Origin: the human T2T-CHM13v2.0 reference genome, Homo sapiens
Reading direction: 5' to 3' (one strand)
DNA: 64,000 bases
Assembly: GCF_009914755.1 (NCBI RefSeq)
Contig: NC_060936.1
Under the pieces are notes generated by a model. It made no database searches, was not told where the DNA came from, and was given only the letters and a program-made list of their open reading frames with translations. The position numbers were made by a program, and so were the translations under genes. Position 1 is the stretch's first letter; the number at the start of each line of letters is the position of its first letter. This document shows positions 1 through 15,705 of the stretch, piece by piece.

Positions 1-1896
1 AATATATCACATTAAGAGAATACAGGATAAAAATCATATCATCATTGCAATGAATGCAGAAAAAGCATTTGACAAAATTTGACATGCTTTCCCAATAAAA
101 ACTCAACAAATTAGGTATATAGAAGAAACGTAACTCAGCATAATAAAAGCCATATATGACAAGCCCACAGCTAACATCATACTTGATGGTGGAAAACTAA
201 GATTGGGAACAAGACAAGGATGCTCACTGTCCCCACTTCTATTCAATATAGTACTAGAAGTCCTAGCCAAAGCAATTAGGCAAGATTTAAAAAATGAAAA
301 GACATTCTACTCAGAAAGAAATAAGTACATGACATTACCTTATATATAGAAAACCCCAACAACTCTACAAAAATTAAAAACTGTTAGAACTAATAAATGA
401 ATTCAGTAAAGTTGCAGGGTACAAAATCAACATAAAAAATCAGTTACATTTATAATCACTAACAACAAACTATCTGAAAAAGAAATCAAGAAAACAATAT
501 CATTTACAGTAGCATCAAAAAAATTAAATATTTAGGAATGAATTTAACCAGGTAAGCGAATGATCTGTACCCTGAAGACTACAAGAGGTTGATGAACAAA
601 TTCAAAGAAGACATAAATGGAAAGACATCCTGTGTTCATGGATTAGATGAATAAATATTGTTAAAATGTCCACACTACCCTAAGCAATCTACAGATTCAA
701 TGCAATCCTTATCAAAATTCCAGCGGTATTTTTCACATAAACAGGAAAAAAAATCCTAAAATTCATATGGAGCCATGAATAGCCATGGAGACCCCGAACA
801 GTCAACACAATCTAGAGCAAGAACAAAACTGGAGGCATCACACTACCTGATTTCAATATATGTACAAAGCTATTGTAATCAGAACAGCATGGTATTGGCA
901 TAAAAACAGACATATAGGCCAATGGAGCAACACAGACAGCCCAGAAATAAATCCATGCATTTAGAGTCAATTGATCTTCAACAACGGTGCCAAGAACACA
1001 AAAGAGGAAAGGATAATCTCTTCAATAAATAATATTGGGAAAACTGGATATTCACATGCAGAATAAAATTGGCTCTTATCTTACACCATATATAAAAATT
1101 GACTCAAAATGGATAAGATTTAAAAAGTCAGCTCTGAAACTCTTAAACTACTAAAAGATAACATAGGGAAACATCTTCTTGACATTAGTCTTGGAAACCA
1201 TTTTTTTACACATGACTCCAAAAGTACAGGCAAGAAAAGCAAAAACTAATACAAATGGCATTACATCAAACTAAAAAGCTTCTGTACAATAAAGGAAACA
1301 ATCAACAGCGTGAAGAGATAACCTGTTAAATGGGAGAATATATTTGCAAACCATAAATCTCATAAGGGGGTTAATATCCAAAATATATAAGGAACTCAAA
1401 CAACTCAATAGCAAGAAAACAAATAACCTGATTTTAAAATGGGCAAAAAACCTAAATAGACATTTGTCAAAAAAAAAAAAAAAAGGACATACAAATGGCT
1501 AACAGGTTCACTAAAAACATCACTAATCATCAGGGAAATGCAAGTCAAAATCACAATGACATATTACCTCATACTTTTAGAATGGCTATTATCAAAAAGA
1601 TGAAAGATAACCGGTGTTGGTGTGGCTGTGGAGAAAAGGTAATTCTTGTACACTGTTTAGGAATGTAAACTGGTACCACCTTTGTGGAAAGTAGTATGGA
1701 TGTTGCTCAAAAAGCTAAAAATAATACTACCATATAATCCAGCAATCTCACTACTGCATATACGTCCAAAGGAAATGAAATTAGTATGTTGAAGAGATAT
1801 CTGCCTTCCCATATTCATAGCAGCATTATTCACAGTAGCCAAGATATAGAATCAACGTAAGTGTCCATCAACAAATGAATGTAACAAGAAAATGTG

Positions 1897-2243
<347 letters not shown>

Positions 2244-2638
2244 TATTCAGCCTTTAAAAAAGAAGAAAATCTTGTCATTTGCAACAACATGGATGAACCT
2301 GAAGGAAATTATTTTAAGTGAAATAAACCAGCCACAGAAAGACAAATACTGCATAATCTCCCTTATATAGGGAATCTTAAAAAGTCGAATTCATAGAAAC
2401 AGAGCAGAATGGTAGTTGCCAGGGGTTAGGGAGTGGGGAACATGTAGAAATGTTGATCGAAGGTATAAAGTTTAAGATGTGCAGGATGAATAAATTCTAG
2501 AGACCTAATGTACAGTATGGTGAATATAGTTAATAATACTGTGTTATATACATGAAATTTGCTGAGTAGATCTTAAATGTTCTCACCATTCCCTCTCCCC
2601 AAAATTGAAAGATAACTATGTGAGATGGTAGATACATA

Positions 2639-2946
2639 TTTTTTTCTTTTTTTTTTTTTTTTGAGACGGAGTCTTGCTCTGTTGCCCAGGCTGGAGTGCA
2701 GTGGCGCGATCTCTGCTCACCGCAAGCTCTGCCTCCCAGGTTCACGCCATTCTCCTGCCTCAGCCTCCTGAGTAGGTGGGACTACAGGCACACACCACCA
2801 CGCATGCCTAATTTTTTTTTGTATTTTTAGTAGAGATGGGGTTTCATCGTGTTAGCCAGGATGGTCTCGATCTCCTGACCTCGTGATCTGCCCGCCTCGG
2901 CCTCCCAAAGTGCTGGGATTACAGGCATGAGCCACCGCACCCGGCC
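2639..2946 (-). mobile_element. AluY
   Basis: AluY diagnostics (gcaagctc, ttcacgccattc, ttagccaggatggtctcgatctc). Confidence 0.95.
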
Positions 2947-3149
2947 AATGGTAGATATTTTTATTAGGTTGATTGTACTCATCATTTCACAATGTATATG
3001 AATATCAAAACATCGTGTTGTACATTGTAAATATATACAATTTTTATGTAAATTATACCTCAATAAAACCTAGGTTGGGGGAGGATAAATGATCAAAAGC
3101 CATTAAGAAAGGATGCTTGTGGCTTCCATACTGGAAGGAGTTGGGCTTT

Positions 3150-3194
3150 ATGTGTGTGTGTGTGTGTGTGTGCGTGTGTGTGTGTGCGTGTGTG
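3150..3194. repeat. (TG)n microsatellite
   Basis: Seen directly. Confidence 0.95.
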
Positions 3195-4126
3195 CAGGAG
3201 GTAACAGCCTGGCTATTCAACTTTCCCCAGAGGAGATCCCTTTTGCCCTTCTTTACCTGGTTCTCATGTAATCAACAGTATAGATATCTGTAATTAAGAC
3301 ATTTATGAGAGGATTTATTGGCAAACAGAATGAAATCCAGCACCTGTGCAATCTTTAGACATCCAATATTTGAGAGACAAACTAATGGATATAACTGCTA
3401 CCTCATCATCTAGAATGTTCCAGTACTATCCTTGTATTATGTAAGCTTAAGCAGTAAAGTGCCTGGATGTCATGTCCTCTGCTTGTTTGAAGTGTTATTT
3501 ATGAGAACTGCTTTGTTAAACAGCAAAAAAAAAAAAAAAAGAAAGAAAGAAAGAAAAAGAGAAACTTACTTTTCACCATATATTCTTCTATACTTTTAAA
3601 ATTTTGTACCAGAATTATGGCTTATTTGTTAAAAATAAGTATTTTTTTACACTGAATTTATCATCCTGCTCATGAACCCACCTATCCCACCTTAGAAATT
3701 TTTCTTTTGGTAAAAGACATCACCATTCACCTAGTCACTCATACTAGACATGTCAAGATTTTCTTCAACTTTTAGGTCAGCCTCAATATTTACATCTCAC
3801 AAAGCACCAAATCAAGTCAATTTTTATAAGACTAATTTGCATATCTAGTCCCTCTCTCTATCCTTATTGTCACTACTTCATTTCAAGCCTTCCAAATGTC
3901 TAGTGGGACTAGTGAAATGGCCTTTTGTCTGGTTTTTCCTCCATCAACTCCTCCTAGTTCCTATCCACTTTCCAAACTGCCACTAGTTATAATCTGAAAA
4001 CAATTTTAATGCATCACGACTTCTTATAAGGCCTCCACATGGATGCTCAATAGCCTATTCATTTGAGTTGATGGACTGAAAAAAAAATTGCAAAAAGAAA
4101 AATTTTATGAAACAAACTAAAAATCA

Positions 4127-4422
<296 letters not shown>

Positions 4423-5173
4423 TCAAAAAATGCTAGGATTTCTTTTCAGATTTTCTATTAACTTGGCAAGCCTGGAAAAAATTTTTTTTTGAATCTCAAT
4501 TTTGTCAATATAAAAATAAATATAACACACTGACAAGAGAATTTGCTAATGATTGCAGAGCATATGGAAGCTTTAAATTAAGCTCCAAAACATTTATTAA
4601 GTCATGGGTTTCAGTTGCCTGTTTAATTACCATTTACAATGAACTATTCTCCATTTATTTTAAGAAACTGTCAAATAGATGTTTGAATTATACTATAATT
4701 TGGGCAACTATAATTTAGTGATTGCTACATTTGAATTTTAAGTATATTTGAATACGTATTAAGTCAGAAATCTCACCCAAAAAACACTTATACTTTAATA
4801 GGCTGAGCTTTATTTAAATTTTAGTAAGTCAAAGAAGAGGGGCAGAAATGTATGTGACATTAGATTTTATGCTTGGTTAGTATTTAGGAAAACAGCAACC
4901 TAGAAACAAAGTCAGCAATAAATCTGAAAGGAAACAATTTCAGAATAAAGGCCATAACACTTTATACACTAGGGGAGACATGTATAGCAGCAAAATCGGC
5001 AAACCTTTTTTATCCAAAGAGAATGGAAAAACAGAAATATTTACAATGAAAGTGAAAATAAAAGTATGCATGCTCTTTAAAATTGCTATAATGGTTCTTT
5101 ATCCTCCCTACTACAAAGGGCTCCATCAGTAGACAAAATTTTGTTACCCTCCCCTCTTGTGGAAAAGACATCA

Positions 5174-5653
<480 letters not shown>

Positions 5654-7610
5654 TTATCCATAAGTAGAAGTTAAGACTCCTTCAGAAAATTGCCTTTTAT
5701 TTGGCTCTTCTGGCAGAAGCAGGTCTCCTTACACTAATACAGTGGAGGAGGGGCTTTGTCTTACTAAGTGGAGGGAAAATGCTGTGATATTAGGAGGAAG
5801 AAAGGATAGTCACAAGTTAGCAAATGTCAAAACCTCATGTTAAGGGATGCGGAGAGCATAGTCTTGAAAAGGGCCACAGTGTTTGTCCAGTAAAACATTA
5901 AAGGTCTATTATTTGTTGAGACCAGCTTTATTCCTCTAACTGGTAGGCTACGTCATGCTTAGCAGTTCTTCCATTTTGAGGAGGGTAGGGTTGGTTTCTT
6001 CACCCTCCCTTTCCTCTGACACCCACCGCCACCTGAATGGCTACTCAAATTACACATGAAATACCTGTGTATACATGCTTTACCCATCTAGTAATGTTTT
6101 TCATCAAAGCAAAAGACACTTGAAAGAGAGGAACATGAGAAGTCAGCTCCTCAGAACTTTCCCAGTCCAGAGCAGAAGATGGAAGTTTACTGGAATCTGT
6201 GCAGTTCTCCCACATTCCCTCTGTACTCAATCTGTGCGATGCCAATGGAAATGCCCTTTCCCCTCTAGGCTGAAGCTGTTACAAGGAAGTAAAAACCTGG
6301 AGACTCCATTCTCACTCAAATTTAGCTTGAAAAATATATTCTTTGATCCAATAATAAATTGTTGCAATAACTTTCAAAGAGCCTGTGAATATTTGGTCCT
6401 ATTTGCAAACTTAATTAAAAATATTGCAATGTTATAAACTAATTAATTAAAGATCCCTTTTACTATAAAAAAGTTTTTAAAATGATAATTTCCCTTTTAA
6501 CTACTTTTCTCAGGTAAAACCTCTGTAAGCACTAAATAATACTAATGTATCTAACAAATTAAACTTTTAATAAGCTGAATCTAAACTTCTCTTATTTTTA
6601 TATTAAGCATAAATTTAGTAAGATATCAACTTAAGATCATAAGTCTCAACTACTTAATTGGATACTTCAAATTAGAGCTTTAAGGCTGACTGTTTTTGAC
6701 CAAGTTCTCTTATGTATGACAAGTAACAATGGTAATGGCAAATACTTACATAGTGCCTGTCATGTGACAAACACTGTTATATTGAATTCAACACAATTTT
6801 TACATTGTATTGAATTCAACACTGTACAGAACATATATTGTGTTGAATTTAATTTTTTGTGTATGAATTACTTGAATGGGTTTTTGTGTGTGAATGTCTA
6901 TTTCCAGATATAGTCTATATCCATGTGCCAGATACAGTACGAAAGGCTATAAAATAACAAATACATGAACAGTTTTGACTACTTGAACTCACCTATATTT
7001 AATGTTACATCTTTCCACAGCTAGGGGAAGCATACTAGTTAATGAAGACAGTTTTCATTTCATTTGTTAGTTATACTCTAAGAGATTTTTGCAAGGAAGT
7101 AAGAGATGGAGGCATCCAAAGCAATTTCTCTCATGACCAACAGAGAAAACTGTGACATCATTGACATCATCCCAAGCAATTCTGAGTTACCTTCTCAGCA
7201 TGCTTGAAAGTACCAATAACCAGAGATTTAAACCAAGACACTAATGAGAGTATTGATGATGACACTGATGGAATTCACTAAGTTGTGTGTTGCAACTTGC
7301 TACACCATAGGCTTCAGAACTTGAAAAGAATAAAGAGATTGCCTTTAGGAGTCTGAGGCCCATATCCTTGGACTCAATTTATATAAGCACTCCCTGATTA
7401 TTTTGCATACACTCAGAAATTTCATGGCTCCCATTGAGATTCTTCACTCTGAAGACTTGTAAATGTATCTCTCCTTATAACTTAAAGACTGTAGAAATCC
7501 TCCTAGCAAAGGACCAAACACTCATATATTAAAGGAATCACCAGTACCCACGTTCTTTATGCTGTAACTAAACCTAAAAATTATACTATTTAAAAACAAG
7601 TAGGTCATTG

Positions 7611-8041
7611 AGGCCAAGAAACATGAAAATACTAACATCACTAATGTTAGTATTTCAACATCACTAATAATCAGGGAAATGCAAATCAAAACCATAATCT
7701 GATACACCACCTTACTCATGCAAGAATGGCCATAATCAAAGAAATCAAAAAAGAGTAGACGTTGGCATGGATGCAATGAACAGGAAACACTTCCACACTT
7801 CTAATGGAAATGTAAACTAGTACAACCAACATGGAAAACGGTGTAGAGATTCCTTAAAGAACTAAAAGTAGAACTACCATTTGATCCAGCAATCCCACTA
7901 CTGGGCATCTACCCGGAGGAAAAGAAGTCATTATATGAAAAAGATACTTGCACACACATGTTTATAGCAGCACAATTTGCAATTGCAAAAACATGGAACT
8001 AACCCAAATGCCCATCAATCAATGAGTGGATAAAGAAACTG

Positions 8042-8100
<59 letters not shown>

Positions 8101-8675
8101 AACTGATATATATAACAAACTGATATATATTTTATATATAATTTTATATATATTATATATATATTTTATATATAATATATATATATATTATATATATATT
8201 TTATATATAATATATATATATATTTTATATATATATATTTTATATATAATATATATATATTTTATATATATATATTTTATATATATAATATATATATATA
8301 GAACAATGGAATACTACTCAGCCATAAAAAGAACATAATTAGTGGCATTTGCAGCAACCTGGATGAGAACGGAGACTATTATTCTAAATGAAGTAACTAA
8401 CGAATGGAAAACCAAACATTGTATGTTCTCACTCAGAAGTGGGAGCTAAGCTATGAGGATTCAGAGGCATAAGAATGACAAAGTGGACTTTGGGGACTCA
8501 GGGGGAAAGGGTGGGAAGGGGGTGAGGGATAAAAGACTACAAATAGGGTGCAGTGTATACTGCTCAGGTGATGGGTGCACCAAAAGCTCACAACTCACAC
8601 TAAAGAACTTACTCATGTAACCAAATACTACCTGTTCCCCCAGGAACCTATGGAAATAAAAAATTAAAAAATAAC
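7611..8675 (+). mobile_element. 5'-truncated L1PB-type element with internal (TA)n expansion
   Basis: L1PB-like 3' end (aaagaagtcattatatgaaaaagatacttgc...aacctatggaaataaaaaa); TSD about aggtcattga on both sides. Confidence 0.9.
8044..8300. repeat. (TA)n / AT low-complexity tract
   Basis: About 25 perfect TA units followed by degenerate TA/TTTTA units. Confidence 0.95.
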
Positions 8676-8787
8676 AACAGGTCATTGAAAAAATGAGTGA
8701 CCAAATAAACCACAACCATTCCCATATGTTACTCTCCTAGACCCGTAAGAACGATGTGCACTCTGGTTTCCCCATTGCCATAGGAGC

Positions 8788-9403
8788 TGTTGGGGAAGTA
8801 TAACCAAAAACAAAATCTATTCCCAACCTAGAAATCCTCTCCGCAAAGATAGAAAAAAAGATTTAATGTTGAATAAACATTAAACCAGAATGTGATGCAT
8901 ATCACAGGCGATCTGCTAAGAGATTACAAGGCAGGTAGGTACAACCCATTACATACATCATTTGAAGATAAACAATAACTAGTCTTCAAGTAAGAGGACT
9001 TGACAGCACCCTTTGTTCCACATGGTTCATCCTAACTTTACCTGGTAATTAGGGTGACCATCTGTGTTAGCTAATTGACTTTATCCGGGGCAGAAGCAAG
9101 CTTCTCATATTTGATGAAAGGAGGTACTTTTGCAACTTGGAGCAAGAAGCCCCTGAAGTTAGGCTCCTACCCTTTCACAGAAACTGGAAGAGAGGGGTGC
9201 TATCTTCTTTGTTGTTTATATTTCAAAGAGGTGGTGTCCAGGTTCTTGAGAAAGATACTTGGGTCATAAAGTAAACAAAAGTTCTATCTAGCTTTCAAAA
9301 GGCTTTATATACATTTCAAGAAGAGGAGAAAGTACTTACAAGTTTTCTAAAGTAAATGCTCTAAGAAAGGGGAAACAGAGGAATCTCTTTCCTTATTTTC
9401 AAG
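8788..9403 (-). mobile_element. ERV1 (MER4-group, MER67-like) LTR
   Basis: Reverse complement contains ttcttagagcatttactttagaaaacttgtaa, typical of this LTR group; subfamily uncertain. Confidence 0.55.
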
Positions 9404-9414
9404 AGAGAAGCCTC

Positions 9415-9965
9415 TTTTTAAAATAAACCTTAAAGCAGTTTTAGATTCATGTAAAGTTGAATGGAAGGTACAGAGGTTTCTCATATACCCTCTGCCACCA
9501 CATATATACCACCTGCCCCACTATAAATATCCCACATCAGAGTGGAACATTTGTTACAATAGATGAATCTATAATACACTGACACATTATCATCCAAAGT
9601 CCATAGTTTACATTAGGGGTCACTCTTGGGGTTGTACAGTCTATTGGTTTTGACAAACATATAACAACATATATCTATCATTATAGTATCATGCAGAGTA
9701 GTTTCACTGCTTTAAAAATCCTCTGTGTTTTGCCTATTCGTCTCTCCCTCCCCACTAGCCCCTAGCAACTACTGATCCTTTTACTATCATTTTCACAGTT
9801 TTGCCTTTTCCAGAATGACATACAGTGAAAATCATACACTTTGCAGCCTTTTCAGAGTAGCTTCACTTGATTCCTCCCTGTCTTTCATTTAAGATTCCTC
9901 CATGTCTTTCCACAGCTTTATAGCTCATTTCTTTTTAGCACTGAATAACATTCAATTGTTTGGAA
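9415..9965 (-). mobile_element. L1MC-type 3' end fragment
   Basis: gcagttttagattca...catttgttacaat; flanked by aagcctctt direct repeat. Confidence 0.75.
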
Positions 9966-10192
9966 AGCCTCTTATTTTTAATTTTGATTTGTCCTTATGG
10001 AACAATTCTTGCTAGTGTAGGACTGCCAGATATAATGCAGAACTAGTCCTAGGCAACAAATATTTGTAGAATTCATCTTATTGAAATAACTTCCAACTCC
10101 TCCCAGAACTTCATCAAATGCCTCCCACGTGGAAAGTGTTGTCCCCTTTAAGAAACACTATTGGGTCCCTCTTCTCCCATCACCAGTGAAGT

Positions 10193-10412
10193 GATCTAAT
10201 ACCATCCTATGCCATCCAACACTAATAATCTTACTATAAATACATCTAATATTAATAGTAATCTAATATATTTGATCTAATACTAATATCTAATTTAATA
10301 TCCAATATTTAGTTAGTATGTAATGTAATACCAATCTAATACTAATTTAATACATCTAATAATATACTCTTATTACTGACATATCTAATATTAACACTAA
10401 TACTCTAATCTC
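10193..10412. repeat. Degenerate AT-rich tandem repeat (TCTAATA-based)
   Basis: Recurrent atctaata/ctaata units. Confidence 0.7.
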
Positions 10413-11440
10413 ATAGTTTATACAGAGTATATCCACAGGCATCCACAGGGTGCCAGGGACTCTTCCATCAGATTGCTTCAATGCAAAATTGCTAAATTCT
10501 CTGAATCCTCAGGAAGACACATCCTAGAAATGATGGATTTAAAATATCCAGCATCCCTTCAGAAGAAGTTATCTTCTCCAGTGGAGGTTGTCATTCTTAT
10601 AAGGTGGCTAAAAACTCCTTCCCAGGAGAAGCCTATTTCACTAAAAGAAACTCTTGCAACAACCAAATCTTAACTTCAGTAACTGGAAATAGAATAAACT
10701 GGAGTAACTTTTCCCTCAGAGGAAACCTGCATTGTTAAAAGCCAGAGGGTAGAGAGTTGTTTGTATTAGAAGTAAATAATCCTTTTCTAGCAGGAAGCAT
10801 GTGTAGAAACTGAAATTTAAATAAATATAACTGTAAGCAATTCTTGCACATTGTTGATATTTGTTTTACACTTTAAAGCATTTATTCAGTCCAAAAAATC
10901 CTTGGGTGCTGTGCTTCATACAGGCATATGACATATTTATTGAAGTAGACACTTTATTCGGAGGTTTCAGGGTCTTAATCATATTGATCTCTTTAGAAAG
11001 ATACCCTCCAAAAAATTTTTTAAAGGTTTAACTAAAAACCTGAAGATTTTATAGGAAGAAGGTGTTTTAAAAATTGTGTTGAACTCAATTTTTTGTGTAT
11101 GAATTACTTGATTGGGTTTTTTGTGTATGAATGTCTATTTCCAGAAATATACAATAATATACTGATGTGTGTTTTATGAAGCTAAAATTATATGTATTAT
11201 GTATTTTAAAAGTAATTTTTTTTTTTTTTGCTGGCTTAGTCTTAAGCCTAAAAGAGGAGTTAATTCTAAGGACTGATAAGAAAAATGGCTAAGGAAATGC
11301 TAAAAGCTTGACTGCATCCAACCCTAAAGGTTAAAAACAAAGGCAGTAGCAGAAAATCATGCCTAATACCAAAAGCTACATTCTAGAAGGATGGAGATCA
11401 AAGCAACCACTCTCCCTCTTTCTTTAAAAATTAAAATTAA

Positions 11441-11570
11441 GGCTGGGCCCAGTGGCTTACACCTGTAATCCCAGCACTTTGGGAGGCTGAGGCAGGCAGA
11501 TCGCTTGAGCCCAGGAGTTCAAAATCAACCTGGGCAACATGGTGAAACCCTGTCACTACCAAAAAAAGAT
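11441..11570 (+). mobile_element. Alu left monomer (FLAM/AluJ)
   Basis: Single Alu arm ending in an A tract. Confidence 0.85.
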
Positions 11571-11579
11571 TTAAAAATT

Positions 11580-11885
11580 ATGGATGGACCGGGAGGCCAT
11601 TATCCTAAGCAATGTAACACAGAAACAGAAAACCAAGTATCACATGTTCTCACTTATAAGTGGGAGCTAAATCTTGAGTACACGTAGACGTAAAAATGGC
11701 AACAGTAGATACTGCAGATTCCAAAACGAGGGAGATTGGGAGGGTGGCAGGGTTGAAAAACTTCCTATTGGGTACCATGTTCACTATCTGTGTGATGGGA
11801 TCAATAGAAGCCCAAACCTCAGCATCACACAATATACCCTTGTAACAAACCTGCATACGTACACCTGAATCTAAAATAAAAACAG
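11580..11885 (+). mobile_element. L1 3' end fragment (L1PB/L1MA type)
   Basis: catgttctcacttataagtgggagctaa...tgaatctaaaataaa. Confidence 0.85.
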
Positions 11886-14114
11886 AAAATTTTGAAAGAT
11901 TTTAAAAATAAAAAATAAATTTAAAAATTAAAAAATTAAAGATAATGCAGACAACTACTTATTTGTGACTATGACACAGTGATTGACACATAGAAAGTGG
12001 GCAATAAACTTCAGTTATGATTATCATGATCACTATTACTCTTGCAATTATACAATCCATAAATATTTGTAAGGCTAAAATCACTCCAAAATGTCTAAGT
12101 CACTTTGGAAATGATACCCAGGTAAGATGTCTTAGCCTAATTCTTAAAATAAAGCAGCTTAATTAGAACCTAGCCAAAATATCTGAAAAGAAGAAAAAAT
12201 TAAAACTCTCCCAATATCTAATGTTGTTCTTCCTGAATTCAAACCTTGAATTAAATGCCTTGCAGCCAAAGTATTTAAATAATGATTGAATATATATGAG
12301 ACAATTATTTAAGTCACAAATCAGCAAGAGCAACTAATTACAATAACCAGAAATAACTCTTGGGTAAACACCTATAACTGCTACATCAACAGACCCACCT
12401 TCCCCACAGAGGGACTTGCTAACAATGAACAGCTTCCCAAATGAGCTTTGGAATGATGTGTTTCCAAGGTGTAAAGGCAAGAACAAGCTGCAAACGAGAT
12501 GTAGTAGGTTAGGTTTTGTTTCCTGTATTTGGACTCTGCTCACATTCTTGGCTATTGATCAATTTCTGGGCAGGGGGGTGGGGAAGTATGTTGGATAAAT
12601 CTTAACAGCCTAGGTTTGCTTGAGAGACAAAGTAAAATAAGCATGGAGTTCAATGACCCCAGGGAGGTTTCAGGAGTGTTCATTTTAAAATGTTAAATCT
12701 CTAGGCAGAAAGAGAAGAGGGCACAAGCCCAATTGTACCACTCGAATAACTGTTATTAATTTTTATCAAAAGTGTCCTTTCTTTGTTGCTGTTCTGGGGC
12801 ATTAATACTACTACAGAAGTAGTTGCGGAGTTGTTTCCAAGAAGAATCAACTCATCCTTTTGCAACACTTAATTCCATGCTAAAACTCACTTAGAAATTA
12901 TAGAAAGAAAGAAATAACAGCTTTGCAAGATGGAGGGATATTTAAGAATCAAACCACTGTAGCTTCTTTGACAAATCACCTCCTTCACAGGCTCTGTTAA
13001 TAAAGAAGACAGAAGCTTTCTTACAAATCTGTTTTTTTTTTTAAAAAAAAATCTTATGAATACCGTATCTTCTCTAATGAACAAAGAGAAAGTGTTTTAA
13101 TTCCACCATGAAAGTATTTCCAGTTCGCCATGAAAATAAAAAATAGCAAAGGAGACAGAGGAATAATTTTTCCCGAGAGGAGGAAAAAATAATTACAGTA
13201 AAACGATAAAGATAACAATGATAGTAATATCAATTGAATAACTACAACATGCAAGGCATTATACCCATTTATTTTAATCCCTATCAAAGCTTTATACTGT
13301 AAACATTATTTGTCTCCACTTTTCTGATGGAAATGTCAACTCATATATGGTAACTGTTTTAGTTAGGGTAAGTAATACTACCTTTCTGATAAAGCCCAAA
13401 ATTCCTGTAGCTTAACACAATAAAAATTTATATTTCATAGCATAGTCCAATGTAGGAATATTGGTTAAGCAATCTTCAACAAGGTCATGCAAGGATTCAG
13501 GCTCTTTCCCTCTTATAATATTGACATATCCTAGGGCCTTAGAGTCTATAAATCACATCACATCCACTCGTGTTCCTTTGGCCAAAACTCAGCTATATAG
13601 TCACATCTAATTAACAAGGGAGTCTAGGCAACAAAAGCACCCTGCCCAAAAGAGAATAAAAGGGAAGGAGCTCAAATTTGGCATCAAACAACTTGTCCAT
13701 GGTTACAGAATTAGTGGGTTTCAGAGGTGTGACTTGAACAGTACAAAATAACCACAATAATGAAAAAGAACAGCAAGACTTTCCCCTCATGAAACTTATA
13801 GTCTATAAAGACAAGCATTATTTACACACAAAAGTAAGATTGCAACCATAAGGAGTACAATAAAATAGAAGGACATGGGCTATGAAAGCTTTTGAAGTGT
13901 TGAGGAAGGGATGGAGAAACACTGGAAACTAAATCTGAACGATGAATGGGAGAAAGTTCTAGGCAGAGAAAGCAGCATGGACCAAGGTCCACTAATAGGA
14001 AGGGGCCTGAAGAATATGAGAACAACTTAAGCCCATGTGGCTGTGTGGCTGAAAGGGAAAGAGAACAAGAAAGAGAGTGGGAATTGACTGGGCCTTGTAG
14101 GCCACGTCGATTAA

Positions 14115-14567
<453 letters not shown>

Positions 14568-14785
14568 TAAGGAGGCTATTGTTTGAACCAATGCTGGTGG
14601 TGGGAAAAAATGGAAAGCAAAGAAAGGATTTGAGGAACATTTAGGAATGAAATGAACAAGTCTTGTGACCAGTTTGATATGGATTCTGTCTAGAGGATGA
14701 CAGAGATTTGTAAATACTTAATAACCCCAACATTATAAAGTAGCTTCACTCAGAGAACTTATTAAGGTATCATTTATATGATACC

Positions 14786-14832
14786 TTACTTTCAATTGCA
14801 AAAACAGCAATTACTTTTGCACCAACCTAATA
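14786..14832. mobile_element. Half MADE1 (Hsmar1 MITE)
   Basis: gcaaaaacagcaattacttttgcaccaacctaata = Hsmar1 TIR plus TA. Confidence 0.85.
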
Positions 14833-15095
14833 AAATAGAAATAACAATATGCTACTTTAGAATCAGAACCTATCATAACTTCTTAAAATTAAAAATAAAT
14901 ATGTTAACATAACTCTGTGTCTTGCAACTTCCTCTTTGCTTTTATATTCCTTTTAAATATTAGGTTAGGTTCCCCTTCTCTCAGTCCACCACCTCTTTTT
15001 TCATAAGAATTTAACTTATTTTAAATTTAATGTAGAAAGTGTATGTGGGATCTAAACACATGTATTGACACTACTTGAGAAAAGAAACAATATTC

Positions 15096-15275
15096 TTTCA
15101 CTATTTGGGTAATGGGAACCCTAGAAGCCCCATCCTCACCAGTACACAATATACCTATAAAACAAACATGCACATGTACCCCGTGAATCTAAAATAAATA
15201 AAATTATTTAAAATATAAATTTAATTTAATTTAAAAGTTTTATACAATCTTAGAAAAAAAAAAAAGAAAAAAAGA
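15096..15275 (+). mobile_element. Short L1 3' end fragment
   Basis: acatgcacatgtaccccgtgaatctaaaataaa; TSD about aaagaa(a/c)caa(t/c)attcttt. Confidence 0.75.
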
Positions 15276-15705
15276 ACCAACATTCTTTGGTTACATCTGG
15301 ATGTTCCAGTCAGTTAAAATGCGACAACTGTGTGAAAGGAAAATAGGATAGGTGGAAAATTTCTCTAATTTTGCTGCAATTGCTGAAATTAAATTTATTA
15401 TCTGACATATTCTTCTACATGAACACTATAAATCACCTGAAGAACAGTGTTTTTGTCTTGTTTTGGTAGTGGACCACACATAAGCCATTCAGGTCACGGC
15501 CATGTGACTCCGAAGTAATTAAAATTTGATTGTATTTTTATTTTAACATCTGAATTGCCTACTGATTCTTATTATTTTCCCCTCTATGAAAGTAATACAT
15601 GTTTACCAAAGAAAATCAGAAACTATAAAAAATTCTAAGAAGAAATATTATTATGGTTCTTCTAACTTACCTCTAATTATTGCCCTGAAGAATAATGTTA
15701 GGATG

